The position numbers were made by a program, and so were the translations under genes. This document shows, one piece after another, positions 12,900 through 25,019 of a stretch of DNA of 64,000 bases. The stretch's first letter is position 1; each line of letters starts with the position of its first letter. The notes beneath the pieces are model-generated. The model did no database searches, was not told the origin of the DNA, and saw only the letters and a program-made list of their open reading frames with translations. Source of the DNA: Isurus oxyrinchus (taxonomy: Eukaryota). The stretch spans positions 98,084,001-98,148,000 of the forward strand of contig JANJGN010000021.1 of NCBI GenBank assembly GCA_026770705.1. The letters run 5' to 3'.

Positions 12900-14330
12900 A
12901 CGTAAAAAGAGTGTCTCAGAAGCTATATGACAAGTTCATTGCCTATTCTGTTGACTTCATGGAAGTATGTGCAGCCAGATTAATAATCGCTTGTGCCTTG
13001 TAATAAAATCTGGCAAGAAGCCTGAGCATTTAATCAACAAGGTTTTCTTTGAAGATCTTTTTTGGAATGTGTATTAAATATGACGCTGATTATCCGCATA
13101 TAGATAAATAACTGTGTCTTCTAATATTCACAATGTAATATTGGATTGCGCCTTACTGCTTAGGTATTTTTAATTATCTTGTGTTTTGCCTGTGAACTCA
13201 GTTAACTTCGTTTTTTCCTTCCTTATAGTCTGCTATAGTGAGATGAATACGGTAGACATCCCAAGTAAATCGAATATTCGAAAGCAATGTTGTCTGAATG
13301 TCAGTGCTCAGGTTGGTTAAAATAATGGCCGCGCCAAAAAGGACCTGGCGACTTTCTATTCTGATTCATATGTCTCAGGTTGTTAATTAAAACATAACAT
13401 AGTAAATGCCGAACGGCCAAATATGTTAAAGGTATTCACAAGTCCAAATGTCGATGAAAATGATTTTTTTTTTACTGAACCAGTTGACCAGCTGACAAGC
13501 AAAGGACTTCAGAAGGTACAAGTTAGTAATTCGGAAATATTTAATTTTACAAGTGTTCGGTGGCCGCAAAACACGGGTTCTGGTCGTAAACGTAAGGTGT
13601 TCGCTTGGATGGAGCTTAGGCTAGCTTGTTAGATATGTCTGCTGTAAGCCGATGAGACGAGATGGTTCGTTTGAAAGAACGACGGCGCACAGACACATGG
13701 TTAATCGTTAAGCGTTTAGAGCACGGATAAACGCAAGTTCAACACACAAATGCCCATGAGGCCTTAGAGCTCAATCCCAGGGTTACTGGTTCAGAGAAAG
13801 CCACGTCAGTAAACTAAAAATTATTGGACAATCTGTTGAGCAAAGCTAACAGCATTTATACATTTTTTTCCCGAGACTTGGAGTTTTCCCCAGGGTTCGC
13901 AATTTACTGTTCAAAATTCATTAAGCAGTTTAGCTCCTGCTTCATAAAAATAAGTGTCGGGAAAAAGGATAATTGGAGCGCAGGACTTGTTGTTATGAAT
14001 AGGTTTGCTTAAGCTTTTCATCAATTTAATTCATCTTCGTTATTAAGTTTTTAATTTTCGCATTAAGATTAGACAATTGTTTTCTTCGAAGCATCAGCAC
14101 AACTGAAACAGGACGCATGCTTTGAAGGAATGCAACACTAGTAAAATAATGCAGGAAACATAAAAAAAAAACCCTAATCGTTAACGGGAGCAGCTGCACT
14201 TCACCAGATGTGTACATTGTCCGGATGGGAGTTGAGGGTTTAAATAAACAGATTTTACCGCTTTGAACGTGACAATTTTTTTTTATCTAAACGAATTCAA
14301 TACAAAGTTTAAACAAATCATTTTATTGAT
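12900..14330 (-). mobile_element. Ancient non-LTR RT remnant
   Basis: SHPDNV (cf. PGPDNI), SMRPVSVV...KIKNLI (cf. NYRPISLL), NKSC..IILF and a GV.QG..L.PLF-like stretch near 13330. Confidence 0.35.
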
Positions 14331-14608
14331 TATATTGCCTATCAAGCAGTTCCATGGTATGTTAAAGATGCCTCACCAATTTTGGGTCCGGATAACAACA
14401 GCCATTCTCTTTGGCAGAGTCTGGCGTGTAAATGCAAATTGAATAGTTTATTTTTTCAAGGGAAGAATGCAATCGCAATTCATAATATTTCGGTCGGTAG
14501 TTCTGTGCTTGAGTATTGCTGAACAGAGAAGCACTTTTGCAGGTTCGACGCATAAGTCATTTCTCAGCAATTAACATTTAATTCTGGTAAATTGTCTCCT
14601 TATTTGAT

Positions 14609-15502
14609 TCAATTACTAAAGTGAGCCAGAGGCTGCCTGACTATATTCTTTAATTCTTCTCCGAATTTACGCGGAGAAACTCTATAAAAAAATGTATTTG
14701 TGCAAGAACTCAAACTCCTAAGCCTATATCCCCACTGTTCAACAATGGTGCTGGGGTGGTTGTAATCTGTCTCTAGAAATGTTATATCTGTAAATTGCAC
14801 AAGTATAAAAATATAAAAACTACCACCCATAACAGTAAGAAACTGCTAGGAATAGGGACAAGTAAAATTATATATTTCCTGCGGTTCTCCATCTCCGCAT
14901 CAGTTTGGTGATGAATATCAGTGTTTCCTCTGAGTCCACTTCGAACTCTATTGGCCAGTATAATATATCTGATTGTCAGAAAATTTAGAAGTAATATCAT
15001 CAAAGTGGCGCAAACGGAATTACAATGGTTTCCATCCACAGAAATGCTATCCATGCTGGTAAGGTGTAGAAACGTGATTTCACACAGCAGTGCCACGGTT
15101 GATTGTCAATTACTTCTCGAGGCTCATACATGAAGTAGATTGGAATATTTTCAAATATGCATAGGAGAATCACTAATGTTGGCACCATAGCTGCAGTTTT
15201 GTCTGTACAATATTTCTTTTGTAACGTTTGGTGGCAAATAGCAATAAATCTATCAAAAGTAAACCCCACCTTTAACCAAACAGAGCTATCAATGGAAGTA
15301 AACAGCAGAGCGAAATTGAGACTGCAAACAGGTGTGTAATTCAAGAATGAACGTGGAAAATATTTCCCTTTAGTTACATACAGCATTATTTGAAATATCA
15401 GGACCATGAGATCAGCTGCTAACTTGGTCACCAGATAATGGGTGATGCATTTTTACAGCCCATATTTTCCACGGGAAAGAATAACGATTGTCACCAAATT
15501 AT
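14609..15502 (-). pseudogene. GPR139-like: GPR139-like class A GPCR pseudogene, copy A, exon 2
   Basis: NLVTIVILSRGK..., LAADL, SVWLKVGFTFDRFIAIC, ENIP, DAEMENRRK, FLLLW, SSCTNTFFY. Three frameshifts (~15457, ~15003, ~14810). The acceptor reads ttgcAA instead of AG. Confidence 0.92.
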
Positions 15503-16554
15503 TTGCAAGATACATTAGTAAATGAAAAACTATCTTTCCCGTTAGAGGATTATCAACTGACAGTTCAGTGTAAGACATTTAATGAATACGTTTTCTGGTT
15601 AGCCAAACCTCACACTATTCCCCCAATATGCCGGATAAGTTTAGCAATTCTGGAAGTAACTAACAGTTTGCTGAGCTGCATCAAAGGGAAATGGAAAATC
15701 AGCAGTCCTTGGCATAATTAGGCGATATCCAGTCGCAACATTTATAATTTGCATCGATCCCCTGGATTACCAGGATCTTTCATCGAAGTTGTGACGAGGG
15801 AATGGGAGAAGTGCCTTCGAAAATGAGCCGCGGGAACCTGAGTTCTGCCGTGAAGAGGGAACTTGGGCTCTTTCCTGTTTTAAATGTGTAGGCTTTTAAT
15901 ATGAGCAGGCTGCTTTGGGTGGAAATGTTCCTAGGGCAGGAATGCTGAAAAATAGATATCCCATAATCCGTCTAAATAATGCTGGGCTGACACTGAGTTC
16001 AATTGAAATCAACAAAACTGCAAGTCATAAGCGGAGGTATATGCAAATAAGTAAGATGGGTTCCTATCCGTAAGTGGGAATGAATATATAACAGTTATGA
16101 ATCTAGGTGTTGACAAAATCTCCCTTTTCCGCCCATTCAGATCAATGAAAGCGGCAATATTAGCCTTACGCAAATGATGTAATTCTGAATGTTTCTATCA
16201 CCTTATTGTTGACCCTGGGGATACAGATGAGACCCTCATCCGCCACTCCCTACCAGACTGATGAAAAGGGCAATACCTTTGCTGTGTTACGGGTGTGAAC
16301 TGGAATTTATAAAAACGACAGTACAACTGTGTCCGGAGTTACTTGATTATCAGTCTTCCTATGTATTTTAATATTTCACAACGGTTAGTGGCTCTAAATT
16401 AATGTGGCGTATGTATATGACGCACTTAAATGCATCAGGTTGCACTGCAAATATTAATGCTAGAAATTTGCCCGCTTTCATGAGCAAACCTAGCGCCAAC
16501 ATAGAACAGCCATTGTAACCACGCTTTTCCATAGTCAGAAACATAACAACAATG

Positions 16555-16653
16555 TTCTGATAATGAGACATACGGGCTCGAAACGTTAAATATGTTCCTC
16601 TCCGCAGATGCTGTCATGCCTGCTGAGTTTTTCCAGCTATTTTTGTTTTGTTT
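16555..16653 (+). repeat. Isolated old Penelope pseudo-LTR/hammerhead tail fragment in the copy A intron
   Basis: ttctgataa...ctcgaaacgtt...gatgctg...cctgctgagtttttccag, homologous to 11101-11200. Confidence 0.75.
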
Positions 16654-16738
16654 AAGAAATATCATTACACCGGCAAGAGTGTAACTGAAAAAAAAATCTA
16701 TAATAAGGAGAATTATTAACTGATGATGAGAGACTTTC

Positions 16739-16808
16739 CAGGAACACCAACTATCGCCAGAACAGGGTAGTAAATATTTTCTATCTGTTGTATTAAAGGC
16801 AGCTCCAT
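16739..16808 (-). pseudogene. GPR139-like: GPR139-like copy A exon 1 (70 nt, phase 1)
   Basis: ATG at 16808 encodes MELPLIQQIENIYYPVLAIVGVP+G, the same length and motif as copy C exon 1. The donor reads GAaagt instead of GTaagt. Confidence 0.9.
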
Positions 16809-16866
16809 GACCAGAGAAAGGCGATGTTGCCTTCTGGTGCTATGAGACTGCTTACATTCTGCTGTC

Positions 16867-16873
16867 ATTTATA
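16867..16873 (-). promoter_or_regulatory. TATA box of copy A
   Basis: TATAAAT about 60 nt upstream of the ATG, positionally conserved with copy C (41869-41875). Confidence 0.6.
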
Positions 16874-16964
16874 ATCGAGAAAGATCTCTAGTGGCATTCG
16901 AACATCGCAAAATGTTTAGCATTGCCTGCATTCGTTGGGATAAAAAGCATAAAGCAAGCCATCT

Positions 16965-17745
16965 GTCTCGCTAGGAACCGGGTTCATGTTGAATTGAATT
17001 CTTCATTTGCAGAGTAAACAGCAAGGAGAGGACCCCTTACGGAGTTCCAAATGAAATATTTCGACATTTACATTGATATTGTAAATTTAGACGAAAAACA
17101 ACTTCTGAAGGTCAAACTATGATTAAGTTGGCATGGAAAACAGCAGCATATTTTGGAGATGGTCCTCTGCTGCTGTGTTGTTAAGGGCACCTCCTTCAAC
17201 CTTTCCTTTATCACAGCATTCTTGCTCGGTGCGTCTATGTTTCGCTTTCCCTTGCATTGATTTATATGCCTTTGCGAGTACCTTTTGAATATGTAACGTA
17301 ACGTAATGCCATTTATTGAAACAGGGTAGCTCTTGGTTCGCAGAAATGTCTTGTTTAGAGATTTGTAAATTTGACATCTATGAAAGAAAATGCAAATAAT
17401 AAAATTATGATCAAGTTACAATGTGTTTCAACAAAGCAAAAGACTATGCCTTCCGCACATAGTCTGATTCACACAGTAAATTGAACCATTTTTAATATAC
17501 ATATTTCAATTTTTCATACGTTCTTCATGAAAACATTCGTAGTTCTCGACGGTCAAATTCAGGATACAGCGTAACAACAACCAATAATCACTATAAATTT
17601 AAGTAGGCTTTCATGTCGAACAATACGGGTTCTAAGTTCGAACTGTTACCGTGTTCCACCTGACAGATGTACTTAATATTCGAGCTGAAACAATGGAACC
17701 AAGTTTTCGCCTGCTCTGTACATGTTGTTACTAGCCAGGAATAGA
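16965..17745 (-). mobile_element. Probable Crypton-type (DUF3504 tyrosine recombinase) fossil with a 142-nt intron
   Basis: Mixed frames: NLEPVLFD...ENYE | GT 17519..AG 17378 | YKSLN..LRTKSYPVSI..QKVLAK..QGKRN..GALNNTAAEDHLQNMLLF..EEFNST*TR. These match the order of CryptonA/ZMYM DUF3504 motifs. Confidence 0.45.
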
Positions 17746-18689
17746 TAATTTTCTGATTAATTTACGTTAATCCAGCGAAATGGACTAAAATGTTATGCTA
17801 ATTTAGCATGTGCAAATTTGAGCAGCTCGATAGAATGAATTCACGTTTGTGGAATATAATTAGGTGATTGGCAGCGTTGACTTCACCGTTATGTTTTTTA
17901 AAATTAATTTAGGGGACGTTAGCATTGCGCAATAGGCGAGCATTTCCTGTTAGCAGTGTCGGATTGAATAGTGTATACATACAATGGTATACATTTGACG
18001 TAATTGAAGCAGAATAGTAAAATTCACAAAAGGTGCAGGTTAAAATCAACCCGTCATTTGAAAATTTCCCTTGTTTCGAACAAGGCGCCGATGAATGTTC
18101 TCTACATTCCGGTTGTTATCACGAAGGCGTTGTCTTTGAAAATGCACAGGAGTTCGCAAATCTATCATTGCCAAGACTGATGATTGTTAACGCGTTCAAC
18201 TACTTATTATGATTTCATCATGTCAGATAAATATGAATCTATCGACAGCAAGCAGTTCATATCATTCGTGTTTGAACCAGTCGTTTCTTCAAGCCTTGAA
18301 TTAATAATGCTCCATAGGCATTATAATTCTTTCGGATAAAACTAGGTATACAATCAAAGTCAAAGAAGGAAACGTGATTGAATGTCTGCTGCCTTTGAAG
18401 GCGTTTCACTATAACTGAAAAAAAACGCAAGCCACAAATCAGAAAGGAAAACCAATAACAGGAAATTCAAAGCAAATCACTCAGTATAAATTAAGAGGAA
18501 CAAACTTAACAGTCTGAATCTAATGGGGGAGTGTGTGCATGTACGTATGTTTAGTTGGTGGAGGGATAGGGTTTGGGGGATTGGTTTTGGGGTGTTGCGC
18601 TCTTGTTTTCCTTTCGACTGCCCATTTAAAAAATGCCTTCCAAACCGATTGAATTTATTGAAAAAATCAGAAGCCCGCAGTGAAATTCC

Positions 18690-19940
18690 GAGGCCAAAAT
18701 TGGTCAAGAAAGTGAATTTTATGACGCCATAAGCGCAACAACTTTCACTCTTTTTTGATTATTCCCGCACGCTTATAAACTAATGCTATGTGTCACTGGC
18801 TTTCAAGCTAGACCCATGTTATTTAGAGATGGATGATGATTTTCATTGGTGGAACCGGCCGGCTGACAATGCTACATCTATGGGCCGCTCATTTAAGACC
18901 CTCCATACAAATGCTCCCGTGCATCATTCGCTGGGTTAATCCGTTCCTTGAGAGTGGCATATTCTTTGCAGAGATGAGCGAATGAAGGAGCAGTGCAGCC
19001 CAATGATACAGCGATGCCTCATTGCACGTTCACCATCAGGCTATTATGGAAAAGGTGCTCTTTTTTCTGAAGATGGCATAATCAGGCCGCTGTACAAAGC
19101 AAGGAGGCTGGACAAATCAGGAATAAGGTGGCATGCATGCACAGATTATTATTGCGATTAAATGTGAAGCAATCAAACTGTAATGAAACTTAGTTTACAA
19201 ATAACCTCCATCCAAGGGCCAGCCCTGAGCCAAGATGGATTGCCGAAGAATCCATCTCTGGGCAGTTGGCAGGCGAACACCCAAAATATGCATTGTCATC
19301 TTCTCCAAAAATCCTCCATCACGAGTACAATTGCATCCATATGGCCCTGGAAGCGTTCGCGATTAGATTCCAGAGGAGAATCAGGCTCGCACAGGGCGGC
19401 AACACCAATGTTACCAGGGATGATGTGACAGACGCGCCCCCAAGCAATCGCCAAACAGCTCTCTGATCGATGCCTCCTTGAGCCAACCCGGATGCTTAGC
19501 CTCTATTTCCGGCCAGAGGAAACCGAGTTGACAGCAGGGCAAAACATGGCCGATATGCCAAGAATTCTACGTAGTTTTCTGTGGTGTATGGAGCAGTCCA
19601 CTCTGTTAATGACTTCTGTCATGTCCCAGGCATTTCAGCACGTGATGAATTCCAAGAAGAAGATGGCAACAACCATTGCGAACCGGATCGAGCATCCGAA
19701 TCATGTATGTTTTCACCTGCGTTTCACAGATCCATCCATGAGCTGAAAGCGGCAGTGGCTAGGCAAGAGGGGGAAGAGGCATACGGAGTAGGGATAGATA
19801 GTCCTATTTTTGTCTTAGCATGCTGTAACAGTGTGTCTGAGCGCCTCAGATATCTCGCCAGGCGTAACAACATTTTTAATACATGTATATAACACTGCCT
19901 TGGAGGAAAGATACCAGACGTGAGCTGGCCAGTTTTATTT
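18690..19940 (+). mobile_element. Harbinger remnant carrying the Myb/SANT-like accessory ORF
   Basis: AQ*YSDASLHVHHQAIMEKVLF..EDG..RP at ~18998-19100 resembles the APRFSDASL..LL.AV...VLFP.DG Myb-like N-terminus. Ends are approximate. Confidence 0.45.
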
Positions 19941-19989
19941 TCAATTACACCAAAATACATTGGAATGTAAAGTATCAATGGTATGTAGA

Positions 19990-20720
19990 CAATTTGCTAA
20001 AGGATATGCATTGATTAAGTGAGTGGCCACAAGAATGGCAGATGGAGTTTAATGTAGGAAAATGTTACCTTCTCCACTTTGACCGGAAGGATAGAAAATA
20101 TGAAAACATATTTATATAACGAGAGATTCCAAATCTTGGTGGTATAGAGGAATCTGAATGTCTTGCTAATTGAATGACAAAATATTAGTATGCATTTACA
20201 TCAAGTGATTAGGAAAGATACTTGAATGTTGGCACTGATGAGAAGTAGAGCAGAATATAGAAGTAGGGAAAACATTTGGAGCTGTACATGCACGCGTGAG
20301 GCGTCATGACGTGCAATGTGTATAGTTTTGGAAAATGTATAATTGAGCTGGAAACAGTTCCAAAAAGGTTCACTTGACACATTCATGAGGTGAAGGGTTT
20401 TTCCGATGACTCCATCTCAATACTTAGGTTAAAAATGTTAGGCCTAAAGGCATTTCAGGTTTGGTGCAGGAGAAGTAATGTAAACGAAACATACGCTGTG
20501 CAGAAGAGAGTTGACAGGATGGTTAACAGGATGATGTTCCCTCTTCTGAGGAAAACTGGAATTGGAGGACACCGTTTCAAAATGAGGTCCCGGTTTTAAG
20601 ACAGTGATATGGACATTGTTTTTCGTCCATCATTAGTATGTGCAATTCTTTCCACAGGATACAGTTGAGGGTGCTCACTGAATTCATTCAGGCTGAGTTA
20701 GATGACTTTTCGATGGACAA
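19990..20720 (+). mobile_element. Degenerate CR1-clade LINE 3' fragment
   Basis: LSEW..WQMEFNVGKC, LE.V.KRFT and GHRFK motifs. Confidence 0.8.
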
Positions 20721-21099
20721 CTCCAATACATTCAAAATATCTTAGACATCTCCTTTTTTGGATCATTGCTGACACTGCAGAGTTAATGACATTAATTTTC
20801 ACAAACATGAGAAGAGGTTGTTCTCTAAATAATTGAACAAAACATACAAGCATTTCATGCTTCAGATTACAGCTTCTCAAAGTAATGTTATTATGTTATT
20901 CAGGTTAGGCAAAACATGGTTTAAGATATATCTATGTATATCATATTCCGCCTTGGTAAAACGCCACAGATTGCATTAGATGTGACTTCTGCAGATGACT
21001 TTTTTTTTACTATGCACCCTACCGGTTAAGTTGGGAACCTTAGAAATAGTGACAATTACTTGGCCATTGCACACAATCTACAAACAACGCAATACATTC

Positions 21100-21530
21100 T
21101 CACGCACCCTCCTGCCCACACCAACCAATGAACATATGCATGTTGCACTACAGACACCAGGAGATGATTACTCACCTAAGATACAGCCAACTGACCGAAT
21201 ATCAATCCCTTTGATTGCCCAACGGCCCTCACAGGCATTACCCTCCCAGTGCGCATCCAACTCAGCTCCCAACCCCAACTACCCAAACCCAGCCGCCACT
21301 ACCGATTTTGCGACTGCGCTACCCACCAGACTGTCCAGCCAGGATTTGGCCTTTGACCCTACGAGCCAGCCTATGGATCCTAGTACCCACACACCTGAGG
21401 CGAATACCGGAAAATGAACCTCAAAACTTACATAACCACGTACATATTCACGCACCCAGCTAAATGCCCAGCCACTCAATAAGCTACCCACTCACTCCAG
21501 CATTCTCCCTGCCACTCACCCAGCGAAATA
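21100..21530. repeat. C/A-rich low-complexity tract (CACC/CCCA)
   Basis: Degenerate cacc/accc/ccca units that produce the P/T-rich ORF 20995-21417. Confidence 0.6.
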
Positions 21531-22356
21531 TGCATTTCTTCAGTGGCACAATAAAACTCTAAGCAACCTAATAAAAATAAAACTAAGCTGAATATCACAA
21601 GTTGAATAGAACGCAGACATTGGATCTCCACTATTCCCCTTCTCCATTGTTCATTATGGATGGCTGCGCCGAGGTACAGCGACAACCGCTAGGGGAGGGC
21701 AGCCAGGACCAGCAACTGGAGCGTCTTGAGGAGCAGAAACCGCCAATAGTGCCTTGGGCAAATATTTAGACTTTTCCGCTGCTGTGCTCATGTGCCTTTT
21801 GCATTATAAGACCTGCGCCCACAAGTATTCGTTGGCTAGGAAGTTTGAACGTCCATGCTCAGATTTGCGATTGTCATCCTTCTCAGAGAACGTTTTCGAT
21901 GCTGACCTCAGTGTGGGACTCTTGAAAGCGCTGCACAATATTCATGCTACCACTGAGGCTGGTCTTTTCCCTTTGTTAGCTCCTGGCATTTGTCAGTGAT
22001 GATTGATACAGCACAATATTACATCTTAACGAAGCACAGCGCTATCAACTCTCCAATTTTGCCCAAGCAAATTGCCACAGCTACCTGATAACCACCCATC
22101 GTGACAAACTACTGCGCCATTGTAAACCACCCTACCTCCCCAACACCACAACCCCCCAACCCTCCCTCCCCAGGACCCGGCTCCCAAGGCCCGGCTGGCT
22201 TTCACCCCCACTGAAATCGCACCCACTAACACCTACATGCCCTCATCCTCGTTTATTCTCCTAATAACCCACTTACCCTCCGGGGGATGCTGATAACCAA
22301 CCTACCATTTCGGTTCTTCGAGGGTGTATTAATTGCCAAAGTTAAAATGCCCATTT

Positions 22357-23287
22357 TTATTTAATTTGTTGAAACCATTTACAATAAGAAAATGAATATC
22401 GTATCAGAATCAATAGAATATAAATCGCATTTTGCAGTTCTTCCCTGAATTTCCTCTGAGAAACTGAATAAATAAACGTGTTTGTGCAGCAACTCAGGCT
22501 CTTCAGGATAAATCCAGATTATTCGAGGATGGTAAAAGCGTAGTTCAAACTTGTTTCTGAAAATTGAGAATCGGTAAATTGTACACATACAAGGTGGGTT
22601 ACAAATACTACCACCCACAAAAGTAAAAAAATCCCGGCTATAGCAAGCAATAATTCCATTGATTTTCTTCGGTTCTCCATCTCTGCGTCATTGCGTTTCA
22701 CACCATAGTTGGTTCCGTGGAGTCCCCGCCTCACTCTATTGGCCAGGACAATGTGCCTGATGGTCAAAGCATTCAGCAAGAAAATCGAAACATTGGGATA
22801 AAGGGGGTTAAAAGTGTGCCAATCAAAAATGCTACGCATAGGGGCGTTGTATACAAGCTTGATATTACGTAGCAGTACCATGGTAGGCTGCTAATTATCG
22901 GCCGAGGTTCATATGCAAAGTAGATTGGAACACATTCTAAAATGCTCAGGGGACACAGCATTGTTATATCCACAGTTGCAGTTTTAGCTGTGTAATACTT
23001 TGTTCGAAGCTTCTGACAACACATGGCTATAAATCGATCAAAGGTGAACGCGACAGTTAACCAGACAGAACTATAAATGGAGAAAAAAATTAAGGCGATG
23101 TTAACACGGCAAATGGGGGTGTAGTTCAGAAGTGAGTATGAAAAATAAACGTCTTTAACCTCATACAGGATTACATCAAATATCAGGACGAATAGATCCG
23201 CTGTGGCCATGGTCAACAAATATCGAGTGATACATTTGGAGAGCTTGCAACGTCCACGAGAGAGAATTACAATTGTCACCAGATTAT
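22357..23287 (-). pseudogene. GPR139-like: GPR139-like class A GPCR pseudogene, copy B, exon 2
   Basis: Intact acceptor ttcttttcAG at 23288. NLVTIVILSRGRCKLSKCITRYL, MATADL, FTFDRFIAMC, DAEMENRRKS, LSCCTNTFIY. One 1-nt frameshift at ~22785 and a premature TAA at 22519-22521 (Q in paralogs). Confidence 0.92.
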
Positions 23288-23499
23288 CTGAAAAGAAAGG
23301 GGAATCAAATTACTAATTCTCTCCAACTGAAAGTAGGGTCAGCCGACAGTTCTTTGGACGAAAATCCATGCTCACTGTCTTTTTTTGTTTTGATCAAACC
23401 TATGTGAAGTGCAGAATCCAATTTCGGAATCGGAAGTACTATTTCAAAATATGGCAATGACACGGACTTGGAGACTGTCAGTATTGCAGAGAACCGAAA

Positions 23500-24300
23500 C
23501 AACCTAGAGAAAGGCGCTATTAAACTTTGAAAAGGGATTGTATTTGGGAAGTGAATTTCAATATACTGAAGTTGATGCACTATGTTTTGGCAGAAAGAAT
23601 ATTCTCTCCGCAAACACCTTAGGAAATAAGTTTCCGGGTGTTAGAGTCGTATAGACGCATAACTCAGCAAAAGTAGCCACTTAGTGTATTAAGACTACAA
23701 ACATCAAACCCACTTTGCTTGTTTGTTTCTTCTGGGATGCAACTCCAAAGAAACCATTTCAAATTAGCATTGATCATTCACTGAGTTCAGTTAATATCTC
23801 TGCTCTGGATGTTATATAAATGATATAAAGACAATCCGAAGTTGTAACCCAGAGTGGCAAGAGTACAGTAACGAGGCATCTATAACGAAACATTGAACAC
23901 AATGAAACTATTTACGTTAAATACGAGAGCACTGGGACGTGCCTCGTCGAAATGTTTAGGATTGTGAAAGGACTTGAAAGGGTTTACGTCGGAAGTATGT
24001 TCCCATTTGCAGGACGGCCTAAAATAAGCTGCTAGTGATGTAAAATTGTCAATAAAGAATCCTGTAAATAATTCAAGAGATGCTTATTTAAATGGGATTT
24101 GAAAAGAATGCATAACTGACTGTCATAAGAAGAGGCAAAAAGCACTTCGGGCGAAACTACCTGAGAACATGAAGGAGAAAGCAATCGAACAGAATCTTAA
24201 TGGAGTTACATGGAAAAGGGCGGAAGAAGATTCGCGTGAAACATGCATAGCGGCACTTTACCGTTGCGACGATTGTCCTATTATTATGCTGAACGTACGT
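23500..24300 (+). mobile_element. Highly degenerate CR1 3' fragment
   Basis: EMFRIVKGLERVYVGSMFP-like segment at ~23950 and a degenerate 3' UTR. Confidence 0.5.
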
Positions 24301-25019
24301 TTCAATACTTTGCAAACTGCCTGTAGCAGATAGCAATTCAGGTAGCAATTGTCCAATGAGAAACATAACTAATGTCTCAGGTCACTGACCTTGCACCAGT
24401 TCTGATGACAGTGATAAAATACTATCTGCTTCTCTGCCGCTTACATGCAGCAACATAGATGAACTGAGGTTTTGCATTATAACAAGAACAGGCTTTTGGC
24501 CGATCTGGATGACACTACAGAAGTGGGTGTGCCATTGATGGGTGATGTTAAATAAAGTGAGTGTGAATAATAACCTAAAGGCCGCCTTTGAAGGACAATG
24601 ACACTTCGTGGCAGACAATTGTAAGGAGTTCGGGGGTTGTATAGAAGATTTCCTGTCGTCTGTTCAGTGAGAAATGGGCCCCCATTCCGCTGCCAGGGGC
24701 AAGGAGCAGGAGACGCGAATCATGCTGAATATTTTTACAGCTAAATATCTGTCACTTTTGGCACATTTGACCATTTGACTAGCATTGTGTTTTGCTTCGA
24801 TTTATCTTAAAATTATGAGGTACAGTTGAAAGTTATAACCTACGTTCTGTCAGACTGAGTTAATTGTTCAACGCAGCAAATATTGACCTTGAGAGGGATG
24901 GGGATTTGGATGATGGCAAAGTCACAACCTAATGTATAACAGTTCGAGGGGCAAAGGAGTCCACGTTAAAGTTGTTATCATTAATTTTTCATACGCCTGC
25001 ATACTTGATTCCAACATTG

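Noticed and set aside
20995-21463. Pro/Thr-rich mucin-like ORFs (also 54760-55197)
   Set aside because: They are products of CA-rich low-complexity DNA with no splice or domain support.
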